Part shown: in pieces, positions 9,670-21,900 of the stretch
Layout: each line of letters opens with the position of its first letter
Position numbering within the stretch: position 1 is the stretch's first letter
Assembly (NCBI GenBank): GCA_043228905.1
Contig: JBHGNT010000010.1
Coordinates: 13,578,001-13,642,000 of the forward strand
Reading direction: 5' to 3'
From: Azolla caroliniana
Taxonomy: Eukaryota; Plantae; Polypodiophyta
Length of the DNA: 64,000 nt
Notes under the pieces: model-generated
The model's database searches: none
Seen by the model: only the letters and a program-made list of their open reading frames with translations
Told to the model about the DNA's origin: nothing
Position numbers and translations under genes: made by a program

Positions 9670-12412
9670 TGAAGAGAATAACGTGGAATATTGCTCGGCC
9701 GCAATCGAGTCTTGAACTCTTCTCTGAGAATGTAACACAGAAATGGGAAGTGGAGAGTATACAAAGGAAATACATGTCAGGATGAATGGGAAAAACCACG
9801 GGAGCCCACGGACTCCAACTATCACTATAGGAGAAAGGTACAATCAGAGCCTCGGAGGCAACGACCTCGAGCTCTGTATCTTCGCCAACCGGTGAATACA
9901 ACAGAGTGTCACTCTGTATCTCACTCTCTCTCTCACTCTCTCTCTCACTCTCTCTCTCTTGCTCTCTCTATATTACAATATGACAATAACAACAACCTTA
10001 TCAAAGTGATTGCCCTAAGTCATATTTATACTTATATGAACTTAAGGCTATTTACAAATATAGCCTCAATAGGCTTACTCAAGACATATTTACAGATATG
10101 TCTTCCCTTACGGTTCTCACTGACTCTCTTCTGGTTCTCACCGTGTCTCCTCCGCTTTATGGATCTCTTTCGGTTCTCACCAGGTCCTCTTTATTCATCA
10201 CCGGATCCCATCCAGAGAGACCGATTTCCCAACAATCTCCCCCTTCATTGCGGCATGGGATATCTTGTCAGGCCCGATTCGCTTTCGGCAGGCGTCTAGC
10301 TTGTCGGTTGTCAGGACCTTGGTCAGCATGTTCGACCGGTTCTCCTCCATGTGGATCTTCGTAAGCATGAACTCTTGATCTTCTACTCTCTCCCGGATCC
10401 AGTGGTACCTTTGCTGGATATGTTTCGTCCGGGAATGGTAGGCCGCGTTCTTTGCAAGGTGGATGGCACTTTGACTGTCGTAGTAGAGTCGGTATTCCTC
10501 CTGCTGGATCCCTAACTCTCCGATGAATTCCTTCATCTAGATTATCTCGTTGCTGGTTTCTATAGCTGCCATTAACTTTGCCTCCATGGTTGAGACCGCA
10601 ACCATCTTTTGTAGCCTTGATTGCCACGAAATAGCTCCCCCTGCATAAGTCATGATATATCCGGATGTCGACCGGTTGGTATCCGCATCAGCCGACATAT
10701 CCGAATCCATGAATCCATCAAGTTGGGGATTACTAGAGCCGAACCGGAGGCACATACTTGGGGTGCCTTTGAGATACTGGAGTATCCACTTGACCGCGTT
10801 CCAATGCTCTCTTCCGGGATTGCTCATGAACTGGCTCACCACTCCGACTGCATATCCGATATCTGGCCGGGTACATACCATTGCGTACATCAGGCTCCCG
10901 ACGGCATAGGCATATGGTATCTTCCTAATATCCGTCTTCTCCGCCTTTGTCCTTAGTCTTTGTTTTCCAGACAGCTTGCAGTTTGGCTGAAGTGTCAATT
11001 GGACTAGTTTCGCCTCCGACATGTTGAACCGTTGAAGCAGCTTTGTCACGTACTTCTCCTATGATAACCACACCAGCCTCTTCGACTGGTCCCGGATGAT
11101 GTGCATTCCCAATATCTGTCTTGCGGGACCCAAGTCTTTTATTGAGAAGGTCCGGTTCAGACCCTTCTTCAGCATCCGAATCTTGCCTTGGTCTCCTCCG
11201 ACAATCAACATATCATCCACATATAGGAGGAGTATAAGGAAATCTCCTCCGTCAAATTTCTTCACAAACACGGAGTGATGGCCTTGTGTTTTGTGGTACC
11301 CTTGGTTAGTCATAAAGGAATCAAACTTCCGGTACCATTGTTGGGGGCCTTGATTCAGTCCGTATAGGCTCTTCTTTAGCCGGCACACCAGGTGCTCCTT
11401 CCCTTTCTTGTCAAATCCTTCCGGCTGATGCATATAGATTTCTTCTTCGAGGTCGCCATGTAGGAATGCCGTCTTGACGTCCAGTTGCTCTACCTCAAGG
11501 TCCATGCTTACCGCTATTCTCAATACCGTCCGAATCCATGTCATCTTTACTACTAGGGTAAAGATGTCATCGAAATCTAGTCCTTTCTTCTGTTGAAAGC
11601 CTTGTACCACGATTCGGGCCTTATACCTTGGTGGATTTTCGGCATCTCCCGGTTTGGGTTTGTACACCCACTTGTTCCGTAGTGCTCTCTTCCCTTTCGG
11701 TAACTCCGTCAGTTCATATGTGTGGTTCTCATGAAGGGAATCCATCTCATCGTGCATGGCACTCAACCACTTGCAGTTGTGGTTGTCTCGTTTTGCCTCT
11801 TCTAAGCTTTCCGGCTCCCCCTCATCGGTTAGCAACACATGCTCTGCATCTGGAAATCTCCGCGGGGCGCTTCTCCCTCGGAGAGGATATCTCCGTTCAT
11901 GGTTTCTACCTACTGGTTCCTCCATTTGTTCCTCATCCTCATCAGATTCGGGATCTTGTCCGGTTCCAGTGTCTTCTTCTTCTTCTTCTTCTTCTTCGGT
12001 CGGTTCCGTCTTTTGTCCTAATTCGGCTGGTTTGTCGAGTGTCACCCGGTTACTGACTAACATCCAGTTTTCAACCGGGTATATCCTTGTGTCCTCAAAC
12101 TGGTTTTCAATGGTGAGACCCAGAGCTTCCGGCTGTAGTCATCTATGAACGTCACGAAGTACTACGATCCAACAGGTGACTTCATGTCCACTTGCCACAC
12201 ATCGGTATGCACCAACTCCAGTGGTGCATTCCGTCTGATTGGTGGTCTTGACCGGAAGGAAGTTTGGTTTTTCTTGTCGGACAAGAAATTGATGCACTTC
12301 TCAAGTTGCATGTCCTTCATCAGAATGAGGTTATCTTTGGCATGCCTCTTCATCCCCTTCTCACTCATGTGACATAGTCTTTTGTGCCAGAGCTCACCGG
12401 CAATATCAGATG
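9670..12412 (-). mobile_element. Decayed Copia element D (Tork-like): 3' LTR 9670-10234, PPT, RNase H, RT, partial integrase
   Basis: LTR is similar to that of B. PPT is TGAAGGGGGAG at 10237-10247(-). ORFs 10198..10536, 10537..11049 and 11059..12063; integrase core is deleted near 12115. Inserted into the gag of C. Confidence 0.92.
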
Positions 12413-15400
12413 TGTTGAGTGACAAGCTCAACATTGAGTGCGTAATATGGTGCGTAACCCAGTGCGTAGACTGGATGCGTAAAATAGTACGCATAACGTG
12501 GCCTTATCGGTGCGTAAACCGGAAGGCCGTTAGTATGGTATTCCTTGTAAGGAATAATTTTGGGATTTAGTGTAGCAGGCTCATTTATGAGCATTCAAGT
12601 ACTGTCAATACTTGTGTCAGCTCGATAGTCAGGGCTTGTATCAAAGGTGCTCACTAAGCACGGTGTATGTACAAAGCATTATTTTTTGAATTGGAGTTTC
12701 TGTTATCTGCTCACTCTGTCTCTCCCCCTCCATATCGATCTCTGCGTTTTCTGTGTTTTACCGAACTGTATACTCTATGTTTATGCACACGCTTCCGCAC
12801 AATGTATTCCTTTACTTTACATGGTATCAGAGCACGAGGGTTGAGAACCTCTACAACCGACAATAAAAGTTTGTGACGAAACAGAGTTGAAGTTGTTCGC
12901 GTTCGGAAAAGAAAAAGACAAGAATATGGATAGAGGAATGGGAAGCTCACTTCCGACTGAAAAGCTTGACAGAAGCAACTACGCGTTTTGGTCTTACAAG
13001 ATGCACCAGTACTTGCTCGGCCATGGCTATTGGAGTTGTGTCAAAGGAGCAAACGATGTGGCACTCGACTCGACACACAAGGACTATCCGGCTTGGGAAC
13101 AAGCGGCAAGCAGAGTGTCGTATTTCTTTGTGTCCTGTGTGAGCGATCAACTTTTGAGCTATATTCGGGATGCCAAGATGGCAAAGGACGCGTGGGCAAA
13201 TCTCAAAAGGATTTTCGCCTACAGCACAACGGCCAGGAAGTTGCAGCTCAGACAGGAGCTCAGCAATGTACGACAAAGAGATATGTTGGTGGCTGATTAC
13301 ACCACCAAGATCAAAGAAATCTATGACTCTCTCGCCTCCGTCAATGTGATCGTCGAGGAAGATGAAATGGTGCAAGTTTGTCTTGGGGGCTTGGCGTCAA
13401 AGTTCGGACCTTTCCGAATGGCAGTTTGCACGAGGGAGATTACACCTTCGTTTTTGAGCTTCAATCAATGTTGCTCGTAGAAGAAAACCACGCGGGTGAC
13501 CTGACAAGTGCGCACGCCAATGGCAAGATGCTTTTCATGGAGGATGATAGGCTCCGTGGTCGTGGTGGACAAGGTGGATCGACGCGCAATGGAGGCATCC
13601 GAAAAGAGCAGAATGTATGGCATAATCGACATGCCGGAAGCAATTCCGAACCCTCCGCAAGCAGGGGGAGTCATGGCAGCGCCGGAAGACGGCAAGAGAA
13701 GACCGTGCCGGATTGCTGGTACTATGGAAAGAAAGGCCACAAGGAGAGCGAGTGCTGGAAAAATTAAGCGGACTCGGACAAAGCCGGATCGAACCGAAGA
13801 GACGTAGAGAGGCGTCAGAGATCACACTATGCAGAAGGCTCTAAACGAGCCGGAAATGGAGTGGGCCCTGCCTTCGTAATGAAGCATAAAGCCAACTCTA
13901 TGGCCGTGAACACCTCGAAAGCAAGCGAGGTGTGGTATGTTGATTCCGGAGCATCAAATCATATGACGAGTCACGAGGAATGGTTCTCGTACTTGGAGAA
14001 ACCAGAATCACAAGGAGTGGTCGAAAAGGGAGATGACACCCCGCATACCATCGAACATGTCGGCGAAGTTCCCCTCAGCCACGTCGGGCAGAGAGAGAAG
14101 CTAATGAACATGTTCCATGTTCCGTCGATAACAAAGAACCTTGTGTTGGTCGGACATATCGTAGACCTAGGTATGCAAGTTTGATTCACGCATCTCGGCT
14201 GCTTCATAGAAGAGGAAGGCAAAGTAATCGCGCAAGGGCGCCATGAAGGGAGGATGTTTATCCTCAACACTAATCAAGCCAGAACCGCGTTGTACGCGAA
14301 AGGAAAAAGGTCGAATCGGATATCGACCTATAGCACAAGCGGTTCGGCCACGTAAATCTCCCACGGCTTCGTGAAATGCAGACGAAGAACATCGTTTTCG
14401 GGTTGCCGAAATTTCGTGGCCGGAATGGCCAAGTCTGCAAAGCCTATCAGATGGGAAAACAACACCGACTTCCATTCCCCAATGAGCGTAATCGTAGTCG
14501 AAGTCCGCTGGATTTGATCCATTCGGATATGTGGGGTCCGGCACAGAACGTGAGTCTTGGTGGAAGCCGTTACTTTGTAACCTTCATCGATGATTTCACT
14601 CGGCACACGTAGGCATGTATGATTGAGAAGAAGAGCGAAGTGTTCGCATGTTTTCTGAAGGTGAAGAGTCTTACGAGAAGGGAAACGGGGTGTAAGATCA
14701 AATGCCTACGGTCCGATGGTGGGAAGGAATACTTGTCCGACCAGTTCACATGTTATCTACAGAAGGAGGGAATTCGATGCGAATTCTCGTGTAGATACAC
14801 GCCGCAGCAGAACGGCGTGGCCGAGTGGAAGAATCGGACAATTGAAGAAGCAGCCAGGGCAATGCTTGAAGAGAAGCATATGCCAAAATTCTATTGGGCT
14901 AAAGCCGTAAAGAAGGCCGTCTACCTGCAGAATCAGACTTTTGCTTATGGAGGAGTGTCGCCACATGAGTTGTACTTTGGGAAGAAGCTAAATTTGGCAC
15001 ACTTGAGGATTTTCGGCAGCATCGCGTATGTGCACGTGCCGAAGGAGAAATGGAGGAAGCTAGACGCGAAAGCCGAGAAGTGTATCTTGGTCGGCTATTC
15101 GGACGAGCAGAAGGGTTATAAGTGTTATAACCCATGTACCAAACAAGTGCGTGTGAGCCGCAACGTTGTGTTTGACGAGTCCACGTCCTGGTACTTGCCT
15201 CCGACTCCGGACCTCATCTCCAATCCGATTTTTGAAGAAGAAATCAGCGAGGCTGGAATGCCTCTGCACGATGAAGAAATCAGAGGTCTGAGAGAGAGTC
15301 CGATCTCATTTCGGCTAAGCGGGCCGGATGAGGTGTTGGGCCAAGATGACCACCTAGATGATGAGACGGTGAGTAGTGGAGACTTGTTCGTGATGTCCTC

Positions 15401-16049
15401 GCGTAAAGAACCAAGGACACGGTTTACGCGCAAGAAGAAGGGGAAGAAGAAGACGTCGGAATACGATTTCGGTAGTGCCGAGTCAGTTCCAAGCGAATCT
15501 GACCTCGAGACAGTCGAGAAGGAACCTCCACGGAAGAGGTCGAAATCGACCGAAAAGGTCACGAAATCGTGTAATCACGAATTTCGCCGATCTACCTGCT
15601 AGAAGAGGTACGAATATAATGAGTACATGGCGCACCATTATGCATACATGATGCGAGTGGCGGAAGTGTGTAGGCCGGAGAGGTACGCAAGTTGGCGTGC
15701 CGCAATGGAGGAAGAGATGCGCGCCTTAACGCAGAACGAGACATGGGACTTGGTTGATGCACCGAAAGTGTGAAGCCGATTGGCTGCTGGTGGGTGTATA
15801 AAGTGAAACACAACACGAATGGCTCCATCAACCGCTACAAGCCCCGTTTAGTAGCAAAAGGCTATGCGCAGAAGCATGGCGTGGACTATGATGAGACCTT
15901 TGCGCCTGTCGCGAAGATGACTACCATGCGAGTCCTACTAGCCGTAGCCGCGGCAAAAGGGATGACATTTACATAAGATGGATGTAAGGAATGCGTTCCT
16001 ACAAGGTGATCTTGAGGAGCAAGTGTACATGGTACAACCCCTCGGATTT
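12413..16049 (+). mobile_element. Decayed Copia element E1 (second Copia group): 5' LTR to mid-RT
   Basis: LTR 12413-12821 starts TGTTGAG...CTCAACA; PBS TGGTATCAGAGC 12822-12833; gag MDRGMGSSLPTEKL..., WYVDSGASNHM, integrase 14376-15602; RT is truncated at YMVQPLGF. Inserted into D. Confidence 0.92.
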
Positions 16050-16550
16050 GCTCTAATACCAGATTGACGAGAATAATGCGGAATATTGCTCGGCCACAAC
16101 CGAGTCTTGAACACTTCTCTGAGAATGTAACACAGAAATGGGAAGTGGAGAGTACACAAAGGAAATATACATGATGTTTATGTGGAAAACCCTAAATGCG
16201 AAAAACCACGGGAATCCACAGACTCTAACTATCACTATAGGAGAAAGGTACAATCAAAGCCTTGGAGGCAACGACCTCGAGCTCTGTATCTTCGCCAACC
16301 GGTGGTTACAACAGAGTGTCACTTTGTATCTCACTCTCTCTCTATATATATATATTACAATATGAAAATAACAATAACTTTATCAAAGTGATTGCCCTAA
16401 GTCCTATTTATACTTATATGAACTTAGGGCGATTTACAAATATAGCCTCAATAGGCTTACTTAAGACATATTTACAGATATGTCTTCTCTTCCGGTTCTC
16501 ACCGGGTCTCCTCCGGTTTCCGGATCTCTTCCAGTTCTCACCGGGTCCTC
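16050..16550 (-). repeat. PBS (16050-16061) and truncated 5' LTR (16065-16550) of D
   Basis: Homologous to LTR 9670-10234. Its outer ~40 bp are missing and it is fused to gag of C. Confidence 0.88.
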
Positions 16551-17389
16551 TGAGAGAGGTCTCGACAAAGGTTGCAAACCACGCTTGCGCTGGCCCTGAG
16601 AGAAGGGTGCCAACGAGGCCAAACCGAGAAAAGTCGTTAGCATACCGTTGGGTTTGTAAATGGATGATAAACCGAATTTGATTGATGAAGCTGCGAATAT
16701 ACTCCCTCGTGTCTTGAATTTGTCGGGTAGGCTAACGGTTGGTTCAAGGACATATGGATGGGAAGAGGAAGTGGTTGGGCTAGGTGCCAAGGGTGATTGT
16801 GGCTCGGCGGGTGGTGGGTTTCTTGATGTGATTGATTAAAGCTCTCGTAATGATTCCCGAAGGATTTCATTTTCGAGTTGAAGTAGTTGCAAGGCTACCA
16901 TTACTTGGTTTAGGTTGTCGACGGAGTCGGACTTGGTAGCAAGAAGAGGAAGGTGAACAAACTGTGAAGTACGAGTATAATAGAGTAGAACCGAGATGAG
17001 ACTAAGAACTAGGAGAGAGAAAAAGAGAAAGAACTTCACTTATGATTCCTTAACTAGTGTTGTTCACCTTGATTACAATCAAGGTGCACCTGAGTATTTA
17101 TACAAGAAGGTAGAGATATGTATGCTAACTAGGAAAAGAGAATGCATGAAGATCCATGCAAGCTAGGAATAGAGAATGCATGTATGTAAGCTAGGAAAAG
17201 ATAATGCATGTAAGCAAGCTAGGAATAGAGAATGCATGCAAGGTAGGACCTTACCATGTTCAATCTACCATACATGATGTTGGATTTCAATACAAAGATG
17301 CATAGATGGATGTAGCTTAGTTGGTAGGGTTGCCCAATGGAGACCAAAAGGTCTTGGGTTCAATCCTTACCTTCCACCGTGGTGTGACA
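16551..17389 (-). mobile_element. 5' end of chromovirus C: gag N-terminus and 5' LTR (~16963-17389)
   Basis: EPTVSLPDKF and GLVGTLLSGPAQAWF (PEG10/Tcn1-like gag, frameshifted). On the minus strand the LTR starts TGTCACACC and has TATAAATA at 17095-17102. Confidence 0.8.
17306..17377 (+). promoter_or_regulatory. tRNA-like A-box/B-box module inside the LTR of C (antisense to the element)
   Basis: 72 nt with tRNA spacing: A box TAGCTTAGTTGG, variable loop AGGTC, B box GGTTCAATCC, 5 of 7 acceptor pairs; anticodon stem unpaired. Confidence 0.7.
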
Positions 17390-18477
17390 TATATTTATGA
17401 CACTTGAAATGGGGGTAGGATTTTTTCGGGCCGTTCCTGCCGCCGGCAATGTGTACCGGGAACAAGTACATTATCGTAGCCATGGATTATTGTACAAAGT
17501 GGGTGGAAGCGAAGGAGCTCCATGACAACACCGCGGCATCCACGACGAAGTTCTTGTATAAGTACATCTGGTGCCGGTATGGTTGTCTGATCGAGCTCAT
17601 AGGTGACCAAGGTAGACACTTCATGGGACAAGTAGTGGAGGCTCTGACGACATTCTACATAGTGGTTCATAAGAGAAGCATGGCATACTACCCACAAGCG
17701 AACAAACTAGTAGAATAGACAAACAAAACGTTTTAGAATATCCTACAGAAGAATCTGAACGAGAACCGGAAGGACTAGGATACGAAACGAGCATCCGGTT
17801 AACACCGCTTCGACTAGCATTCGGATTGGAAGTGGTAATACCAATAGAGTTCCAGATACCCAGTCTGAGGATATAGGTATGGGAACAATTGAGTGAGAAA
17901 GAATCGGAATGGATCTGGTTGGAAATGTTGTGTGAACTAGAAGAACACAACTTGATGCAATTGGAGTTGGAGTAGCATCGGCGGAAAGCTTTTGTGGACC
18001 GACACCGGAAGGGGAACGAGAAGGAATTCGGAATCAGGAAACCGGTGTTGGTATTTCAGACCCGGATGGGAAGCATGCCGGGGATGCTCAGGTTCCGGTG
18101 GACCGGACCATACTGGATAACGCAAGAGTTTAAAGGATCATATCAGCTCGAAACATTGGCCGAAGAGATACTTGAGAAATGGGTAAACGGATTCCGGCTT
18201 AAACCTTTGCACAGGACCGATGCCGGGAAACCCATTTAGGGAACCAGAGGAGCACAACGAACAAGCAACCGAAGAGGAGGTTACCGGCACATCCCTGAGG
18301 ATACTGGAGCCGGTAAACCGGAAAGTGTCGGATGACTCAATGGCACTCGGTACGGGAGGATAGTTATGTCATACCCAAAGGAAAAAAAAAACATAATATT
18401 ATAAATGTAATCATAACAATGTTAGTACGATGGGGAAAAAATAAAAAAAGATATTCAAAATATTGAATGGTCATATT
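17390..18477 (+). pseudogene. Non-chromoviral Gypsy (Tat/Athila-like) integrase remnant with PPT-like tract and start of 3' LTR (~18367)
   Basis: GNKYIIVAMDYCTKWVEA, LIGDQGRHF, YYPQAN, RFRWTGPY, WVNGFRLKP; GGGAGGATAG then TGTCATAC. Confidence 0.82.
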
Positions 18478-18903
18478 TGTTGAAAATCAAGCTCAACCTA
18501 GCCTAGTGTGTGAACACGCTATTGAGAGTGTATGAACACTCAAAGGTCAAAAGTCACACCACTACTCTTTACACATTAACTATGAGACATAACTAATGAG
18601 TTTCCACATTCCCCATGACTCATGAGTTTCGGTAGTTAATGAAGAGAGAGAGTGACTATATAAAGCACTCTCCTCCTACTTTGTAATATGTTGGTTAATC
18701 TCCTTTGTAATATACAACCTTCTTGAGTATTTTCTATTGTCTACTCTATTGATCTTGTTTCTCTCTCTCTCTCTCGATCTAGACCATCCACGTGTGTTGT
18801 GCTCTACGCCGATGTTCAAGAAGAACCGGCTCATCGCTATCGTAGTGTGGCTACATAACTCGTATTCAAGAGATAGAAGAAGGAAGAAATCTACATCGAA
18901 CAC
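18478..18903 (+). repeat. LTR/leader of Copia element G (sister family of E)
   Basis: Starts TGTTGAAAATCAAGCTCAAC like E-type LTRs; TATATAAA at ~18657; no PBS seen. Contiguous with the gag at 24588 once E2 and its TSD are removed. Confidence 0.65.
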
Positions 18904-21900
18904 TGTTGAGATACAAGCTCAACATTGGCCGGATTGGCTGTGCAAACCGAGAACCGGATCGGTTGGGACCGATCGGTTAGGCCGGACCGGTGCTTAAAAT
19001 GGATACGCAAACCGGTGCGTAACGAGAGGCCGTATCGGTGTGTAAACCGAAAGGCCGTTAGAGAGATATAGCTCGTAAGGAATAGTTTTGGGAGTAAGTG
19101 TCGAGGCTCATTTATGAGCAGTCAAGTACTGTCAGTACTTGTGTCAGCCCATTGTCAGGACTTGTATAAAAGGTGCTCACTGAGCACGATGTAAGTACAA
19201 AGTTAGTATTTTTTGAATTGAATTTCTTGTGTGTTCTCTCTCTGACTCTCCCGCGTACTGTGCATACTCAAGCTCTCCATTAAACCTACGTATTTTCTAT
19301 GTATTTGGTTTTCTATTGCTTCCGCACATAATCTTTTACATGGTATCAGAGCGTGAGGGTTGAGAACCTCTGCAGCCGACATAGCTTGAAAGAAAAACGA
19401 ACCAAGAAGAACAGGCAAAACCGATGGATAGAGGTATGGCTAGCTCGCTTCCAACAGAGAAGCTCGACATAAACAACTACGCGTCTTGGTCTTACAAGAT
19501 GTACCACTACCTGCTCGGACACGGTCATTGGAGCTATGTCGATGGAGCAAATGACACAACACCCGATTCGACACACAAAGACTTCCCGGCTTGGGAACAA
19601 TCGGCAAGCAGAGTATTGTACTGCTTCGCGTCTTGTGTGGGTGAACAGCTCCTGAGCTATATTCGGGATGCGAAAACGCCAAAGAATGCTAAGGGAAATC
19701 CGAAGAAGATCTTCGCCGCAAGCACCACAACCAGGAATCTTCAACTCCAACAGGAGTTGAGCAATTTACAACAACGCGACTTGTCGGTGGCTAATTACAC
19801 CACGAAGATCAAAGATATATGTGATTCTCTAGCCTCTATCGATGTGAACGTCGAGGAAGGTGAGATGGTGCAAATCTGTCTCGGGGGGCTGGCATCGAAG
19901 TTCGGAGCGTTCTGAATTGCTGTGTGTACATGGGACGAGGTGAATCGGTGCGCAATGGAGGCGACTAATGGGATGGAGGTGTGGTTTGTCGACTCAGGCG
20001 CGTCAAACCACATGATGTGCCACAAGGAGTGGTTCTCGTACTTGGAAAAACCGATGCAACCGGGAGTAGTCGCAACCGGAGACGACACTCCGCATCCGAT
20101 CGCAAATGTTGATGAAGTTCCCTTGAGCCATGTTGGGGAGAAAGGGAAACTTATGAACGTGCTACACGTCCCAACAATCACGAAGAATCTAGTGTCGGTA
20201 GGACATATCGTCTACCAGGGGATGCAAGTCCGGTTCACACATCTTGGCTGCTTCATCGAGGAAGAAGGTCGAGTTATTGCGCAAGGGCGCAGAGACGGGA
20301 GGATGTTTATCCTCGACTCTAGTGACGGTGGCACCGCGATATTCGCAAAAGGACAAAAAGTTGAGTCGGATATCGACTTATGGCACAAGCGGGTGGGCCA
20401 CGTCAACTATCAACGGCTTCAGGACCTGCAATTGAAACAGGTGGTGTTCGGATTGCCCAAATTCAATGGCCGGAAGGCACAAATTTGTGAAGCCTACGAG
20501 CTAGGGAAGCAACACCGACTCCCCTTCCCTAACAAGCGTCACCAGAGCTGAAACAAGCTCGACTTGATACATTCCGATGTATGGGGGCCAGCACAGAACG
20601 TTAGTCTTGGTGGGAGTCGATATTTCGTCTCCTTCATCGACGACTATACGGGGTACACGTGGATCTACCTTATTGAGAAGAAGAGTGGAGTCTTCGACTG
20701 TTTCCGGGACCTTAAAGGGTTCATGGAAACGGAAACAGGACGAAAGATCAAGTGCCTGCGATCGGATGGCGGAAAAGAATACTTTTCCGGTCAATTCAAC
20801 GACTATTTGCAACAGATGGGAATTCGGCGCGAATTCAGTTGTAGATACACGCCGGAGCAAAACGGCGTGGCCGAGAGGAAGAATCGGTCGATTGTGGAAG
20901 CGATGCAGGCAATGCTAGAAGAAAAGAGCTTGCCCAAGTTCTATTGGGCCGAGGCGGTACAAACCGTGGTATACATCCAGAATCGGATCGGAGAAAAAGT
21001 GTCGACGCATGAGCAGTATTTGCGACACTTGAGAGTTTTCGGTAGCATTGCATATGTGTATGTGCCAAAGGAGACGCAGAAGCCGAGAAGAGTATCTTGG
21101 TCGGCTATTTGGACGAGCAGAAGGGTTATAAGTGTTATAACCCACGCACCAAACAAGCGCGTGTGAGCCGCGACGTTGTGTTTGACGAGTCCACGTCCTG
21201 GTACTTGCCTCCGACTCCCGACCTCACCTCCAATCCGAGTTCTGATGATGAGGTCAGCGAGGCCGAGATGCCTCCGGATGAGCTTGAAATCGGGACCCGT
21301 AAAGAGAGTTCGACTTTGGTTCGCTTAAGCGGACCGGATGGACGACTGAGTCAATTCGACCAGTCCGATGGAGAGGCGGCGAGTAGTGGAGACTCGGCCG
21401 TGCATTCCCCGCGCAGGAAGCCGAGGAGATGGCTTACGCCCAAGGAAAAAGGGAAGAAGAAGGTGTTGGATTACGGCATGGATAGGAACGAGTCGGATCG
21501 ACGCGAGTCCGACTCCGAGGGAAGTGACGACGGGTCTTCGAGACCGAAGTCCGCTAATGAGCAATTACGCCGATCAACCCGCCAGAAGAACCCTGTTGTG
21601 CAGTTCGGTTATAATGAGTACATGGCACACCATTACGCGTACATGACGCGAGTGGCGGAAGTACGTGAGCCGGAGAGCTACACAGAAGTGGCCAAGGATG
21701 CGAATTGGCGTGCCGCAATGGAGGAAGAGATGCGCGCATTGGCGGAAAATGAAACCTGGGACCTGGTTGACGCACCGAAAGGTGTGAGGCCGATCGGATG
21801 TACAAGGTCAAGTACAACATCGACGGCTTGGTCAACCTACACAAGGCCCGGTTAGTAGCGAAAGGCTATGCGCAAAAACACGACATCGATTACGATGAGA

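Noticed and set aside
17306-17377. Functional tRNA gene
   Set aside because: The anticodon stem cannot pair and the unit is embedded in an LTR. It is reported as a tRNA-like module instead, as are the copies at 54105, 57408 and 63913.
18495-18560. Another tRNA-like module in the G LTR (TAGCCTAGTG...)
   Set aside because: There is an A-box-like start but no credible B box at tRNA spacing, and it is in sense orientation.
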